NCBI GenBank assembly: GCA_951406725.2
Contig: OX597825.1
Span: 61,876,001-61,940,000 of the forward strand
Reading direction: 5' to 3'
Source: Octopus vulgaris
Lineage: Eukaryota
Length of the DNA: 64,000 nt
The number at the start of each line of letters is the position of its first letter. Within the stretch, counting starts at the first letter, position 1. Below are positions 25,448 through 38,348 of the stretch, piece by piece. The translations under genes were made by a program, and so were the position numbers. The notes beneath the pieces were generated by a model. It searched no databases. It was given only the letters and a program-made list of their open reading frames with translations, and was not told the DNA's origin.

Positions 25448-25667
25448 CCCTTTCGTTACTAACCTGGCTGAAACAGGCTCTGGCTCTGAGTACAAATGTC
25501 TTGTTTTCATAAGTTTTGAATTCAAATCTTCCACCAAACCTTAGTCACAATTTATGATCCTAGCACTAGCTTAATGATAACGAAGTTATTTTACTAAATA
25601 CTTTGTAATATTTAAAGTAATTGAAAGAAACACAGAACATCTCAAAATAAATACAGTAATGAAAGGG
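25448..25667. mobile_element. piggyBac-like MITE (220 bp)
   Basis: TTAA at 25444-25447 and 25668-25671; TIR CCCTTTCGTTACT / AGTAATGAAAGGG; relatives at ~7640-7860 and 27597-28307. Confidence 0.85.
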
Positions 25668-25767
25668 TTAATGGCCTACCTATGTATACAATGCGTTGCT
25701 CAGCCCTAGTTGCCTGGAAGACACTCGGCTAGAAATGGAAACGGAATTGAAAGAAGATGATGAGGAA

Positions 25768-25885
<118 letters not shown>

Positions 25886-26117
25886 TATTTCTTTACTACC
25901 CACAAGGGGCTAAACACAGAGTGGACAAACAAGGACAGACAGACGGATTAAGTCGATTACATCGACTCCATTGCGTAACTGGTACTTAATTTATCGACCC
26001 CGAAAGGATGAAAGGCAAAGTCGACCTCGGCGGAATTTGAACCCAGAACGTAACGGCAGACGAAATACGGCTACGCATTTCGCCCGGCGTGCTAACGTTT
26101 CTGCCAGTTCGCCGCCT

Positions 26118-26118
<1 letters not shown>
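25886..26118 (-). mobile_element. SINE family D (Meta-domain-like), little-diverged copy inside (AAT)n
   Basis: - strand GAGGTCGACTTTGCCTTTCATCCTTTCGGGGTCGATAAATTAAGTACC resembles the Meta/Sauria-type domain; B-box GGTTCAAATTCC; matches 39938-40170. Confidence 0.85.
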
Positions 26119-26168
<50 letters not shown>

Positions 26169-26300
26169 CATAATGATAATAATAATAGTAATAATGATAA
26201 TAATATTAATAATAATAATAGTAATAATAATAACAACAACAATAATAATAATAATAATAATAACAATAATAATAGTTTTTTAATTTTATTATTATTATTA

Positions 26301-26453
26301 GGTAATGTAAAAGTGATACCAGTGGTGATCAGAGTGTTGGGATCAATCCCATTGAAATTTCAAAGCTTCATAAAGCAACTGGAAATCCCATGCAAGACTG
26401 ATGTCTTGCAAAAAGCAGCCTTATTAGGCACAGCTCACATCTTAAGGAAAGTG
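26301..26453 (+). mobile_element. R4/Dong-clade retrotransposon 3' fragment adjacent to (TAA/TTA)n
   Basis: VKVIPVVIRVLGSIP...LQKAALLGTAHILRKV is the characteristic R4/Dong C-terminus (VIPVVIGALG...LQKAALLGTA.ILRKVL). Confidence 0.8.
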
Positions 26454-27596
26454 AGGTCCTTGTTGAACATTGTGGATGATGTAAATCACTAGCTCCCACC
26501 CCATAAAATTTCAGGCTTTGTACCTATAGTAGAAAAAAATATTATTATTATTGTTGACATAGCTGTTTAATCAAAAGCATTGTTTTAACTCATATTTATA
26601 TGTACACACCATATCATAAGCAAAAAACATCAATTGATGCCTTCATTTCCCTGCAGTTTGATCTCTTGAAGAGTAAATAAATACACCCAGGTATTTTGTT
26701 TTTCTTGCCAGAAAATGAAGAAGATGCTGCAAATGTGAGGTGACAACCATATCAACTCTGCCAATTTATTTTCATGTCATAACAAAACAGTCTAAACAGA
26801 CATTTTACAGGCGTACATAATGTAATTTATTTTATACATTTACACCATAACATAAATACAGATCGTATATGATAAGCTTACAAGTGTTTTCGTGTTAGTC
26901 AAGGAAATATGTGACTGAGGGTGTGTGTGTGTGTGTGTGTGAGTGTTGGTGTATGATTGAGTGAATGTGCTCGTGTGTCAGTGTCTTGAACGACACAGTC
27001 ATTGTCTGTTTTGCGGTAATTTATATCAAATATATTTAATGAGTAGGTTTACACTACGTGGCAGAAGAGATATTAAAGACAAGCTTGTCCTAAGATCTAT
27101 TTGTAGACTTATAGATTACAATATAATATGCAGCTCCAAATAATAAATGACCAAAGATCACACTCGCTAATACTGTCGAAGCAATAGCAATAAAGTTATG
27201 TGTCTCAAAATGTAATTTATAACTTTCTGATTCCCAAACACTTTTTCATAGTATAGAAAGATATTACATTCTGGGGGATATCATAGTAAAAATCATATTT
27301 ATGAGAATCATAATTACATAAATCTTTTAGGTTTCAACCAGTAACAGGCATCTCTGTCACATAGCTAAGTAAGTGCCCTGGGATTTTCACCCTTTCAAGA
27401 TTATGAATGGTAAATATTTATAGAAATATAACAGCTTCATATGGTTAGGAATGTGGAAATAGTTATTCCATGAAGATAATAGATTTTGTTAAGTTCAATA
27501 AATACTATGACTGGTACGATAGCTTTTCTGACAAAGAGGTCAAAATATGTCAATCAAGTAAGGTTACTAATTATTGACACAGAAAAAGATGATGTC

Positions 27597-28307
27597 TTAA
27601 GCCTTTTGATACCAACACACATCAGACTGCTCCTAGTTCTATAATATAAACTTACCATTTTAAAGTGGTCTAAATTATAATCTTCCATCAAAATTTTATG
27701 CTGAATATTTCCAGGTCCCATTAGAAAGTTATTTTACTATAACATAAACTAACTGTCTTACCAACCACATGGTTGCAGGTTCAGTCCCACTGCGTGGCAC
27801 CTTGGGCAAGTGTCTCCTACTATAGCCTCAGGCCGACCAAAGCCTTGTGAGTGGATTTGGTAGATGGAAACTGAAAGAAGCCCGTCGTATATATATAAGT
27901 GTGTATATATGTTTGTGTGTCTGTGTTTGTCCCCCCAACATCAGTTGACAACCGATGCTGGTGTGTTTACGTCCACGTAACTTAGCGGTTTGGTAAAAGA
28001 GACCGATAGAATAAGTACTAGGCTTACAAAGAATATGTCCTGGGGTCGATTTGCTTGACTAAAGGTGGTGCTCCAGCATGGCCACAGTCAAATAACTGAA
28101 ACAAGTAAAAGAGAGTTTAAAGAGTAACATAAACTTACCATTTTAAAGCGGTCTAAATTATAATCGTCCATAAAAATTTTATGCTAAATTTTTCCAGGCC
28201 CCAGCTTAATAATTTGAAGGTTATTTTACTAAATTCTTCATTGTTTTAAAAATTAATTGAAACGAACCCAACATATGTTAAAAGAAATATGGTAACAAAA
28301 GGGTTAA
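27597..28307. mobile_element. piggyBac-like MITE with internal ~95-bp duplication and a family A SINE (27757-28113) inserted
   Basis: TTAA-GCCTTTTGATACC ... GGTAACAAAAGGG-TTAA; ATAAACTTACCATTTTAAAG.GGTCTAAATTATAATC repeated on both sides of the SINE. Confidence 0.75.
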
Positions 28308-29497
28308 ACATTTGAGATACCTTTCTTATTTTGAATGTAGTATGAGAAATAATAAAGTCAATTCATTGTCATAATTAGTCTATTTTGACCTCTTTGTCAG
28401 AAAATTTATCATACCAGTCATGATATCTATTGAACTTAACAGAATCATCATCATCATTTTAAGTCCACTTTCCATTGATTGGATGTTTTGATAGGATTCA
28501 ATAAGTCAAAGGACCATTCTTGCTTTAGTGTTATAGTTTTGCTATGATTTTTATATTGTGATGCTAAATAAGAAATATAGTGGTCGTTTGAAGCAAGGTA
28601 TTAAAAGGTTAACACCTTGTGATGGGGAGAGCAGGAATAAATTTACCATTTTGTGGATATATTTTGTGGCTATCTCTTCTTTTATGTGGTGGTGAAGGTG
28701 GTGGTAATGGCTGAGAGAGGTTGAAGCAAGGTTCATTCAGAGGCAAATACTGAAATGATGAGGTACTAGAATGTACTGTCATGGTAACATGTCCAAGAGA
28801 GGTACAGAGAGATGTAGGAAAACAAAAGAATAAAGGAGTTTAGAGAGTAAGGTTGTCAAAGTGTAGGAGGAGAGTGAAGAGATGAAGGTCAGATGTAAGG
28901 AGAGGATAAATACAATAAATGTTGAACTGGGGTGGGATGGATCAATATGAGTAGGAGACTATAAGAATGTTGGGTGGATGCTGATTAGAAGTAGTATAGA
29001 AGAGAGGGAGTGGTAACTGGCAGTACAGCGATGGTAATGTAATATGGTTTATGGCAAAGCCGGTAGGGGAATGATGGAGGGATGAGTGATAGGGTGGTGA
29101 AAGGTAGGGTCAGGGGATGTAACTGGGGTGGGTGAGAGATGGAGACCAACAAGGTGGGAAGTGTTGAATAGAAAAAATGAGTAATAACAATCAATAAGTA
29201 GTGATTTGTGGGAGGGATGCAGTTGTCTAAATAAATGGTTTAAAGGAAGGAATCAGTTGTCTGGATGGCTGGGAATATAAACGTCATAAAGAGAAATATC
29301 TACAGGAGGTTTTTTTTTACTGATATTGAACCAACCATGATTTGTGCTATCACCAGGTCTAAAAAATACAGTATTCTTTTCTATTGTTCTTTCTGTAAGC
29401 TTCATTGTCATCATCATCATAGTCATCCTCATTGTCATCACCATCATTTTCACATTTTTTTAATGTCAGGTTTTCAGGCTGTTATGGGTGGAACAGT

Positions 29498-29920
29498 AGG
29501 AAGTGGGTAGCGATTTTCTTTACTACTTCAGGGAGTGACGACCCTGCCTTACACAAGTCTCGGGCTCAGTGGGCACCAGCTGACAGTACCTGGTATGGGT
29601 CCCTATCCAGGATTATGGAAAGGAGACAACCTTCAAAGAAATCCAGAGTGGAGCCCTGTAGGTGGTTTAGTGTTTGACTCGACACTCTTCCAGCAGCTCC
29701 TGCAACCAAGCTGGTGCCAAACGTAATGCTCTGAACTCCTTTGGACTACATCAGCAAGATCTAGAGAGGAATCCTGACAATTGGGCTACCCAGGATTTTC
29801 TTACATCTAGCCCAGGCCTGCACAAAACTGGAGAGGACATGAAATGTAAAAACCAAACTGGTCTAGTTTATGCACAACTCCATTGTCTCCCGAGACAAAA
29901 GGATGCCATCAACAACAACA
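29498..29920 (+). mobile_element. Non-autonomous RTE-derived retroposon (5'UTR-like plus 3' end) with (CAA)n tail
   Basis: 14-bp TSD ATGGGTGGAACAGT at 29484-29497 and 29921-29934; AAATCCAGAGTGGAGCCC and CCAAGCTGGTGCCAAACGTA resemble RTE 5'UTR motifs. Confidence 0.65.
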
Positions 29921-30727
29921 ATGGGTGGAACAGTTTGACAGAATCTGGCAAGTGTGAGGACTGCATCATGCTTCAGGGTCTGCTTTGACATGGTTTCTAC
30001 TCTTCCTTATTCTAATCACTCAAGCCTTTTTTGTGTATACCAGCACTAGTGAAGTTTGCTGGCAGCTCTTTTAATATTTCAGATGAATCCAAATTTCTAT
30101 TTGGTTACCAGTTTATTGACATTAGATGTCTGATGATAAATTTAATAGGTTAATAAATGCAGAACATGCAGAAATGACACATCCTCAGCAAAACTAAAAA
30201 CATTTAGTCAATAAAATTGAAAGTACCAGTTCATTTCATTGAGCATCCCCTTTTCCAAACCAAAAAGAAAATGGTAAATACAAACAAGGAAATAGTAGAC
30301 GTTCACAAAGTGAACTTGACCGAATGAGAAGAAGTATAGTGCAGAAACCTTCATGCTTCATTGATTGATAATAGGTAGGTTCTCTCAAGTGTGACAGTTT
30401 TACTTTAGAGAATTATAGAAGTGCATCTTGTAAGTATTCATGCTGAGTCAAAATCTCCTTTATAGAGACTAGCTTGGCATTTTATCGAACAACTTTATAT
30501 TTGTATTGGTTGACTGAATATCTAAATCTGAGGAATGATTCTATACTTTATTCTGTCATTGTACACTGGAGAATCACTCGTAGCTTTTAATTTATACTTG
30601 AAAGAAATTATAGAAAGAATTTTTTGTATAATTGTATAATTTGTATAATTTGTATAATTGACACAAGACCACCACCTACCTTAAAAAAAAGTAAGTATAT
30701 AACTGGTTAAATCTCGTGTTTAAATCA

Positions 30728-30940
30728 AGGTGTTGAGCTGGCAGACTCGTTAGCACACCAGGCAAATTGCTTAGCAGCGTTTCATCCATCTTTACATTGT
30801 GAGTTCATATTTTGCCAAGGTCAACTTTGCCTTTCATCCTTTTGGGGTCGATAAAATAAGTACCAGGGGAACACCGGGGTCAATGGAATCCACTTATCCT
30901 TCCCCTGAAATTGCTGGCCTTTTGCCAAAAATTTGAAACC
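30728..30940 (+). mobile_element. SINE family D, alternative-tail subfamily
   Basis: GAGCTGGCAG head and Meta-like domain; tail AATTGCTGGCCTTTTGCCAAAAATTTGAAA. Confidence 0.8.
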
Positions 30941-31048
30941 TAATCTAGTATTTAAATCTGTTTTAATATTTGAGTTCAGCAAGGTCTGAACCCAAGGTAT
31001 TTTGTCCAACATGCTAATGTGTTTTCCAGTTGACCACCCTTTGTTAAG

Positions 31049-31690
31049 CATAGCCTCAGGTTGACCAAAGCATTGTGAGTGGATTTGGTAGATGGAAACT
31101 GAAAGAAGCCTGTCGTATATATGCATATATATATATGTGTGTGTGAAGGCGCATGGCTCAGTGGTTAGAGCGTCGAGCTTACGATCGTGAGGTTGTGAGC
31201 TCGAATCCCGGACCGGGCTGCGTGTTGTGTTCTTGAGCAAGACACTTTATTTCACGTTGCTCCAGTTCACTCAGCTGTAGAAATGAGTTGCGACGTCACA
31301 GGTGCCAAGCTGTATCGACCTTTGTCTTTCCCTTGGATAACACTGGTGGCGTGGAGAGGGGAGGCTGGTATGCATGGGCGACTGCTGGTCTTGTGTCTAG
31401 GAGGGTAACTTTCTAGGTACAATCCCATGGTCATTCATGACCAAAGGGGGTCTTTATATGTGTGTGTGTATATGTTTGTGTGTCTGTGTTTGTCCCCCCA
31501 ACATTGCTTGGCAACCGATGCTGGTGTGTTTATGTTGCCGTAACTTAGCGGTTCAGCAAAAGAGACTGATAGAATAAGTACTAGGCTTACAAAGAATAAT
31601 TCGTGGGGTTGATTTGCTGGACTAATGGCAGTGCTCCAGCATGGCCACAGTCAAATGACTGAAACAAGTAAAAGAGTAAAAAGTAAGAGT
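31049..31690 (+). mobile_element. SINE family A (5'-truncated) with SINE B nested in its internal microsatellite
   Basis: Family A halves at 31049-31142 and 31456-31690. Confidence 0.85.
31143..31455 (+). mobile_element. SINE family B, near full length
   Basis: GTGAAGGCGCATGGCTCAGTGGTTAGAGCG head; TATATGTGTGTG flanks both sides. Confidence 0.9.
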
Positions 31691-32289
31691 AGGTGGAATT
31701 TGAACTCAGAATGTGAAGACAGACAAAATGCTGCTAAGCGATTCTGCCAGCTTGCTGCCTTGAATCAAACAATTAGATATTAACAGAAGAATTCATTATG
31801 GTGTATATAAAAACTCTGTATTTTAATAGAGCATCTTTTAAGGATTTGCTATCTTTTCTTTCAAAACATTTACAAGCAAGATATTTTTCAAATAGTGATA
31901 AACTCCACTTTATCTTTAATATTTCCATCTATTTCTTGCAGTCATTGGATTGCTATCATGCTGTGGCAGAGCCTTGAAGGCTTTAATCCATTTACCCCAA
32001 ATTTACTCCAATTCTTATTCAATCCGTTTCTTTTACCAAATGACTATGTTACAGGGATTTAAACAAACCGACCCCATTTGCCAAGTGGTGACAATACATA
32101 CACATATATAAAACAGGCTTCCATTCTGTCTCCATCGACCAAATTCACTCACATGGCATTAGCTGGACTAGGACTATGGTAGAAGACACTTGTCCAAAGT
32201 TCTAGACTGTAGGATTGAACTCTAAACCACATGGTTGCACAGTGGCCTTCTTAATCACACTACTGTGCCTGTACCTATCGAGTATTTTA

Positions 32290-32975
32290 TTCTTTTATTC
32301 TTTTACTTGTTTCACTCATTTGACTGCGATCATGCTGCAGCAGAACTTTAAGGGGTTTTAGACGAATAAATCAACCCCAGGACTTATTCTTTGTTAGCCT
32401 AGTACTTATTCTATTGGTCTCTTTTGCCGAACTGCTTAGTTATGGGGACGTAAACACACCAAGACCGGTGGTCAAGTGCGGGAGTGGCTGTGTGGTAAGT
32501 AGCTTGATTACCAACAACATAGTTCCGGGTTCAGTCCCCCTGTGTGACACTCTGGGCAAGTGTCTTCTACCATTGCACACTCACACACACATATACATGA
32601 CAGGTTTCTGTCAACCAAATCCACTCACAAGGCATTGGTTGACCTGAATCTATAGTAAATGACTCTTGCCCAAGGTGCCATGCAGTGGGACTGAATGCAG
32701 AACCATGTGGTTGGGAAACAAGCTTCTTATTTCTTTTCTGCCCACAAGGGGCTAAACATAGAGGGGACAAACAAGGACAGACAAAGAGATTAAGTCGATT
32801 ACATCGACCCCAGTGCATAACTGGTACTTATTTAATCAACCCCGAAAGGATGAAGGGCAAAGTCGACATCGGTGGAATTTGAACTCAGAACGTAAAGACA
32901 CACGAAATACTGCAAAGCATTTCGCCCAGCGTGCTAGCGTTTCTGCCAGCTTCTTACCACACAGCCACACCCATG
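32290..32975 (-). mobile_element. SINE family A containing an inverted family A head (32481-32570) and a family D insertion (~32728-32950)
   Basis: Segments align to family A and D copies; AGCTTCTTA flanks the family D copy. Confidence 0.8.
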
Positions 32976-33391
32976 CCTGTTGAATATGCTAACATTTATT
33001 CTTCATTTTATTTTTATTCGTTTTTTGTTACAGTTGAAATATCGACATTCTTTACAGCAAATATCCAGAAGTCATAAATGCGAAAGTTAAATAAATAAAC
33101 AAATAGATAAAATAAGAATAAAACAGATTATTAAATAAGAAATGTTTAAAATGATAAAAAAAATTGGTTTTGTCTAAAAATATATATTTAAGAAAAGTGG
33201 ATATGCCAACAATTTATATCTCAATTAATATTGTCTATGAAATAATCTTTCTTTTCTTTTTCTGCAGATTTCCTTTTAAAACTAACATAAAAATTTCCGT
33301 TTTGTTGGAATTATTGCACACAAGAAATTTAGAAAATTGTTCTCCAAAACTGAAATTTTGATCATTCAATTAACTCTGTAACAACAGAGGG

Positions 33392-33455
<64 letters not shown>

Positions 33456-34149
33456 TTGTTTCGTATACTGAAATAAATAAAATGTCATAATTTTATCAGT
33501 AAATATATTCTGAAAAATGTCTCAAACAAACCAAAAAAAAAAAAAAAATCGTTTTTTAAAAAAAAGAAAATATTGCAGTTGGTATAAACCATGGATAAAT
33601 GTTTTTAAAAAATAAAAAAGTGAAGAATAAAACTGACACAGAATGTTAAGGTTTATCGTACATTGAACAATATTTCTATATTTCTATTTTTTTCCTTCTA
33701 AAATAAGGAAATTATCATCCAAACTCCATTAAGATGACAGGTATAAGTATATTAACAAGTAATAACATTCAAATAAAGGTAATATTAAACTCCAGACACC
33801 TATTACATCTGTATTTGCTTACAACTGTGGTGCATCATCATCATCATTTAACGTCTGTTTTCCATGCTAGCACGGATTATTAAAGTAAAATATAGATTTC
33901 TTCTGTTGTTCTAGAACATTTCTCCATCTCTGCTGAGTATTCTGTTTAAATATGTATTACATTTTTTGCTCTCATTATTGAAATTGCATAGCTTTACCAT
34001 TTTGAAATTGAATACTCTTGTGCACTGCACCCAAATATAATGGAATTTAAATTTTCTATATTCACATATTTACTGTTAGTGGAATATTCCAATCATATCT
34101 ATTTGAAGGAGAACTCTCTCAAAAGCGAATAGTAGAATATATCTTACTC

Positions 34150-34557
34150 TCTCTCTCTTTTACTCTTTTACTTGCTTCAGTCATTTGACTGCAGCCATGC
34201 TGGAGCACTGCCTTTTTTAGTCGAGCAAATCGACCCCAGGACTTATTCTTTGCAAGCCCAGTACTTATTCTATCGGTCTCTTTTGCCGAACTGCTAAGTG
34301 ATGGGGACATAAACACACCAGCATCGGTTGTCAAGCAATGCAAGGGGGACAAACACAGACACACAAACACACACACGCATATATATACATATACATATAT
34401 ACGACGGGCTTCTTTCAGTTTCCGTCTACCAAATCCACTCACAAGGCTTTGGTCGGCCCGAGGCTATAGTAGAAGAAACTTGCCAAAGGTGCCACGCAGT
34501 GGGACTGAACCCGGAACCATGTGGCTGGTAAGCAAGCTACTTACCACACAGCCACTC
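34150..34557 (-). mobile_element. SINE family A, full length, little diverged
   Basis: Collinear reverse complement of 56318-56730; many CpGs retained. Confidence 0.92.
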
Positions 34558-35066
34558 TTACGCCTATCTTCTTCGTTTATTCATTCAATAACCACTACTT
34601 TATAACTTAGTCATCTCTCATCAATTTCATTCGGTTCATCTAGAGATCTTTAACCACATTTTACAATCTCTAATTATTTACTGCAGTTGAACAACATATT
34701 TTCATACAGAAATGAACTCCTCTGATTGGTGAATATTGAATAGCTGCCAAACAATGTTATTTCCTGTGTCATATTATTTGTAATGCTTTTGGTTAGTTAC
34801 AGAACAACTATTATGCAATACTCTGCAACTACAACACAAATCTGGAACTTCACAGTGCAGTAATGCCTAAATGTAACATACAAATGGTGAAGGAAGTTGC
34901 CTCTTTAAATGCCAAAAGTTCACTAAATCAAAGGTAACCTAGTGAGTCATATTCTGTTCTTTTTAATATGAGAAAACAAAGCTTTTATACAATATAGATT
35001 AGGGTGCAATAACAGTTATTTCTAGTTAGGAGTATGTACTTTAAAGATAAAATTTTGCTAATGTAG

Positions 35067-35305
35067 TTACTCTTTTACTCTTTTACTTGTTTCAGTCACT
35101 TGACTGTGGTCATGCTGGAGCACCGCCTTTAGTTGAGCAAATCGAGCCCAGGACTTATTCTTTGTAAGCCTAGTACTTATTCTATCGGACTCTATTGCCG
35201 AACTGCTAAGTTACAGCGACGTAAACACACCAGCATCGGTTGTCAAGTGATGTTGGGGGGTACGAACACTGACATACACACATACACACATATATATATG
35301 CATAT
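35067..35305 (-). mobile_element. SINE family A, 3' half
   Basis: Tail and body present; abuts the L1/Tx1 fragment. Confidence 0.85.
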
Positions 35306-35315
35306 AGGAGTGGCA

Positions 35316-36520
35316 GTTAACCAGGGAGAATCAGTGGGCTTGTAGTTTGGCACCTGGAGAAGCAAGTCCATGCCATCCAAATGCATCGTTTGGAGCTGGA
35401 TGTATGGACTGGTTAAATTGCTCAGGATCTGGTTTGGTCCAGACCACCACATAGATAAAAACTGGGATGAGGTAAAAAGCAGGGTGACTACTCTCACCCA
35501 GAAATGGGCCGAGAGAAAGCTATCTCTAAAAGGTCAGGCATAGATGGCTAACACGTGTATCATCATCTACAATCACTTGACCATCGTGCCTTGTCCTAGC
35601 CACCATCTGATTATGCTGAAGTGTATACTTTTCTACTTCTTGTGGAAGAGACGTGTCCTGATGGTCAGGCAGTCTATTTGCTGTCAGCATCCACTGCATG
35701 GTGGCCTGGACATGCCATGGTTGATGATACACAGTCATGCACTAAGGCTACAACATCCCCAGTGCTTCCTTGACGGTCAACAGGTGTGGTCGCCATTTAT
35801 CAGACAAGTATTTCTGCAGCTAGTTTCTTTAATGGAGGTGCAGTCCTGGGTGAAACAGAGACCGAGGGGAAGCATTTGGAAAGTGGAATGTCTTCACATG
35901 CTCACAACCCTCAGCCAATTGGACAGTGGAATAGGTGGAAAGTCCACTTTAGCTTTTTATAGAGGATTAGTGAAGGAAAAGTGTGACAATATGCTTGGGG
36001 AGACCTTGGGAAGCAAAGAAGATCAGCTAGTTGCTCTTTTCTGGAGAAATTTTGGGCCAGGACCGATGGATAATTTCCAAAAATCTCTGGCCTGGCAGTG
36101 CTAAGAGGGAGCTTTGTCTGTTCAAGATAAACTTTACAGGTACGGATGTGCCATTAGCCAAGCATGTCTGAGATGCACATGGGACAATGAGATGGTCCTG
36201 GATGCACTTGTCCAGTGGCTGAGCATTGCTGACCTGTGGGTTGATGTCAAATACCTGCTGTTGCATGTGAGACAGATCCAGCTGTCAACTGAATCCGTTG
36301 TGAAGATTGCCCCATTGCCTTCTCTTTGGCCAATTCCTGATGAGCTTCTTCAAGTTTCACTTGAAAAGGAAAATAAGGGTAGAGAGGGATGTGTTGTCTT
36401 CTTGCCAGTTTGCTAAAAGGTGGATGAAAGTGGCAAGAATTGTGTGAGTGTTTGGGCCTGCCCTGAGCATATGCTTGTACCTGAAATAAAGGAAAGAAAC
36501 ATGGCACCTGCCCTAAAAAT
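35316..36520 (+). mobile_element. Decayed L1/Tx1-clade LINE ORF2 (post-RT region with CCHC remnant)
   Basis: NQGESVGL*FGTW...VKLLRIWFG...KNWDEV...KWAERKLSLKG and ACLRCTWDNEMVLDAL (C-x2-C...ET..H) with stops and frameshifts. Confidence 0.8.
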
Positions 36521-36691
36521 CAGGGGACCTATGTTGTTTATGGAGTTTTTCCATGAGTAGCCCTCAAAGTCTTCTCCCTATTCAGGATTACACATTGTCA
36601 GTTTCTCTTTTTTTTTTTAATTTTGCTAGTCTTGTTTACATGCAAAAACCTCATACACTCACAAACATACACACACACACATTTATTATTA

Positions 36692-36739
<48 letters not shown>

Positions 36740-36744
36740 TTATT

Positions 36745-36957
36745 CAGTAGTTTTATTTTTATAGCGTGCTTTCACTTCACTACCGGGCGCAGGTCTGTGT
36801 ACATTGGGTATGTGCTGTGATTTGTTGTGATGCTCTGATGGTTATTGCATGGAAAGTGTTCTGCGTAGGATGTGTGCAGTGCCTAGTAGTTCAATTTTCT
36901 GTATGTTATATGTGTTTGTAAGTCCTGGTGTTTTTGTTATGTATTTGTCTGAATTTT
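36745..36957 (-). mobile_element. R4/Dong-clade retrotransposon 3' end embedded in (TTA)n
   Basis: - strand NSDKYITKTPGLTNTYNIQKIELLGTAHILRRTLSMQ* then 3'UTR; (TTA)n on both flanks. Confidence 0.8.
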
Positions 36958-36979
36958 TAAAAAAATTTTATTATTTTTA

Positions 36980-37017
<38 letters not shown>

Positions 37018-37109
37018 CATTATTATCATTATTATTATTACTATTATCATTATCATTGTCATCATCATCATTATTCATCAGTAGTAGTAGTAGTAGTTGT
37101 TGTAGTAGC

Positions 37110-37487
37110 CATGGACGTGTTGTTGAGAAGCTGGTTTCCTAGCTATGTGGTCTTACCTTCAGTTACACTCTACTGCTCCTTGGGCAAGTGTCCTCTACTA
37201 TAGCTCTGGACTGACCAAAGTCTTCTGGGTCCATTTGGTAGATGGAAACTAAAAGAATCCCAGTATATATATGTGTGTGAGTGTTTTCTGTTTGCTCCCC
37301 ACTACCACTTGACAACCAGTGTTATTTTGTTTATGTTTCCATAACTAAGTGGTTCTTCAAAAGAGAAGATAGAATAAGTACCTGACAAAATAAAAAAAAT
37401 AGGGGCACTATATTTGATTAAACCCTTCAAAGTTGTACCCCATATCACTGCAGTCAAATGACTAAAACATGTAAAAGATAAAAAGAT
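37110..37487 (+). mobile_element. Old SINE family A copy
   Basis: CTTGGGCAAGTGTCCTCTACTATAGC and tail CAGTCAAATGACTAAAAC. Confidence 0.75.
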
Positions 37488-37799
37488 TATTTTTATTACT
37501 CAGGCTACAAGATCTCAAATCCATAGAGCTTATACTTTTAGCCATTCACTTTCTCATATCTGATGTACATTTATAAAACCTCTCTATCAGTGCTGTAAGT
37601 TGGTGTGTGCAGTAAAGCCTTGTTAGTCATTTACTTTCACTTTCACTTTCCATCTCAATAGCCATTTAACTGATCTTATATCAAAGTCATGAATCTGAGG
37701 ATATTGATGCGGTAACAGTGATAACGAATTCATTGATAATATTGAATTATAGTATGGCTACTAAAGCTACACATGTTTGTAAAAAAAAATACTCAATAC

Positions 37800-38180
37800 T
37801 TTTATCTTTTATCTTGTTTTACTGATTAGATTGTGGCCATGTTGTTTTGAAGAATTTTTAGTCAAATGAATCAGGCCAGTACTTAATTTTTTAAAGTCTG
37901 GTACATATTCTATTGGTCTCTTTTGCCAAACCACTAAGTTATGCAGGTGGAAACAAGCCAACACAAGTGTCGAGACGTCGTGGGGGGACATCCTCAGGCA
38001 CAAAAACACACACACACACACACACAGTGGCTGTCTTTCAGATTCTGTCTACCAAATCCACTCACAAGGCTTTAGCCAGCCCGAAAGCTATACTTGGAGA
38101 CACTTGCCCAAGGTACCACACAGTGGGACTGGACTCAGAACCATGTCGTTGGAAAGCAAATTTTTTACCACACAACCATA
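37800..38180 (-). mobile_element. Old SINE family A copy
   Basis: Reverse-complement match to family A. Confidence 0.75.
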
Positions 38181-38313
38181 CCTAATTACACTGTCTCCAG
38201 TACTTGATTAAGACTTATTTTATCAATCACTGAATGATATCATTTTTTATTTTCTTGTCAAGAAAAGATGGCAGTCTATGGTCCCTTACCTTCATCGGGC
38301 CTCTGAGACTGAT

Positions 38314-38348
<35 letters not shown>

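Noticed and set aside
28550-29250. Purine-rich stretch that may be a decayed LINE or Penelope ORF on the - strand
   Set aside because: Only vague motif hints (RLCHKP, SQGVN); cannot be assigned without a search
31148-31220. tRNA-like sequences (also ~7963-8035 and 49405-49477)
   Set aside because: A/B boxes are present but the acceptor stem is incomplete, and each continues into a SINE body, mostly with TSDs
35544-36104. 186-aa ORF as a host gene
   Set aside because: It is part of a stop- and frameshift-disrupted L1/Tx1 ORF2 fragment
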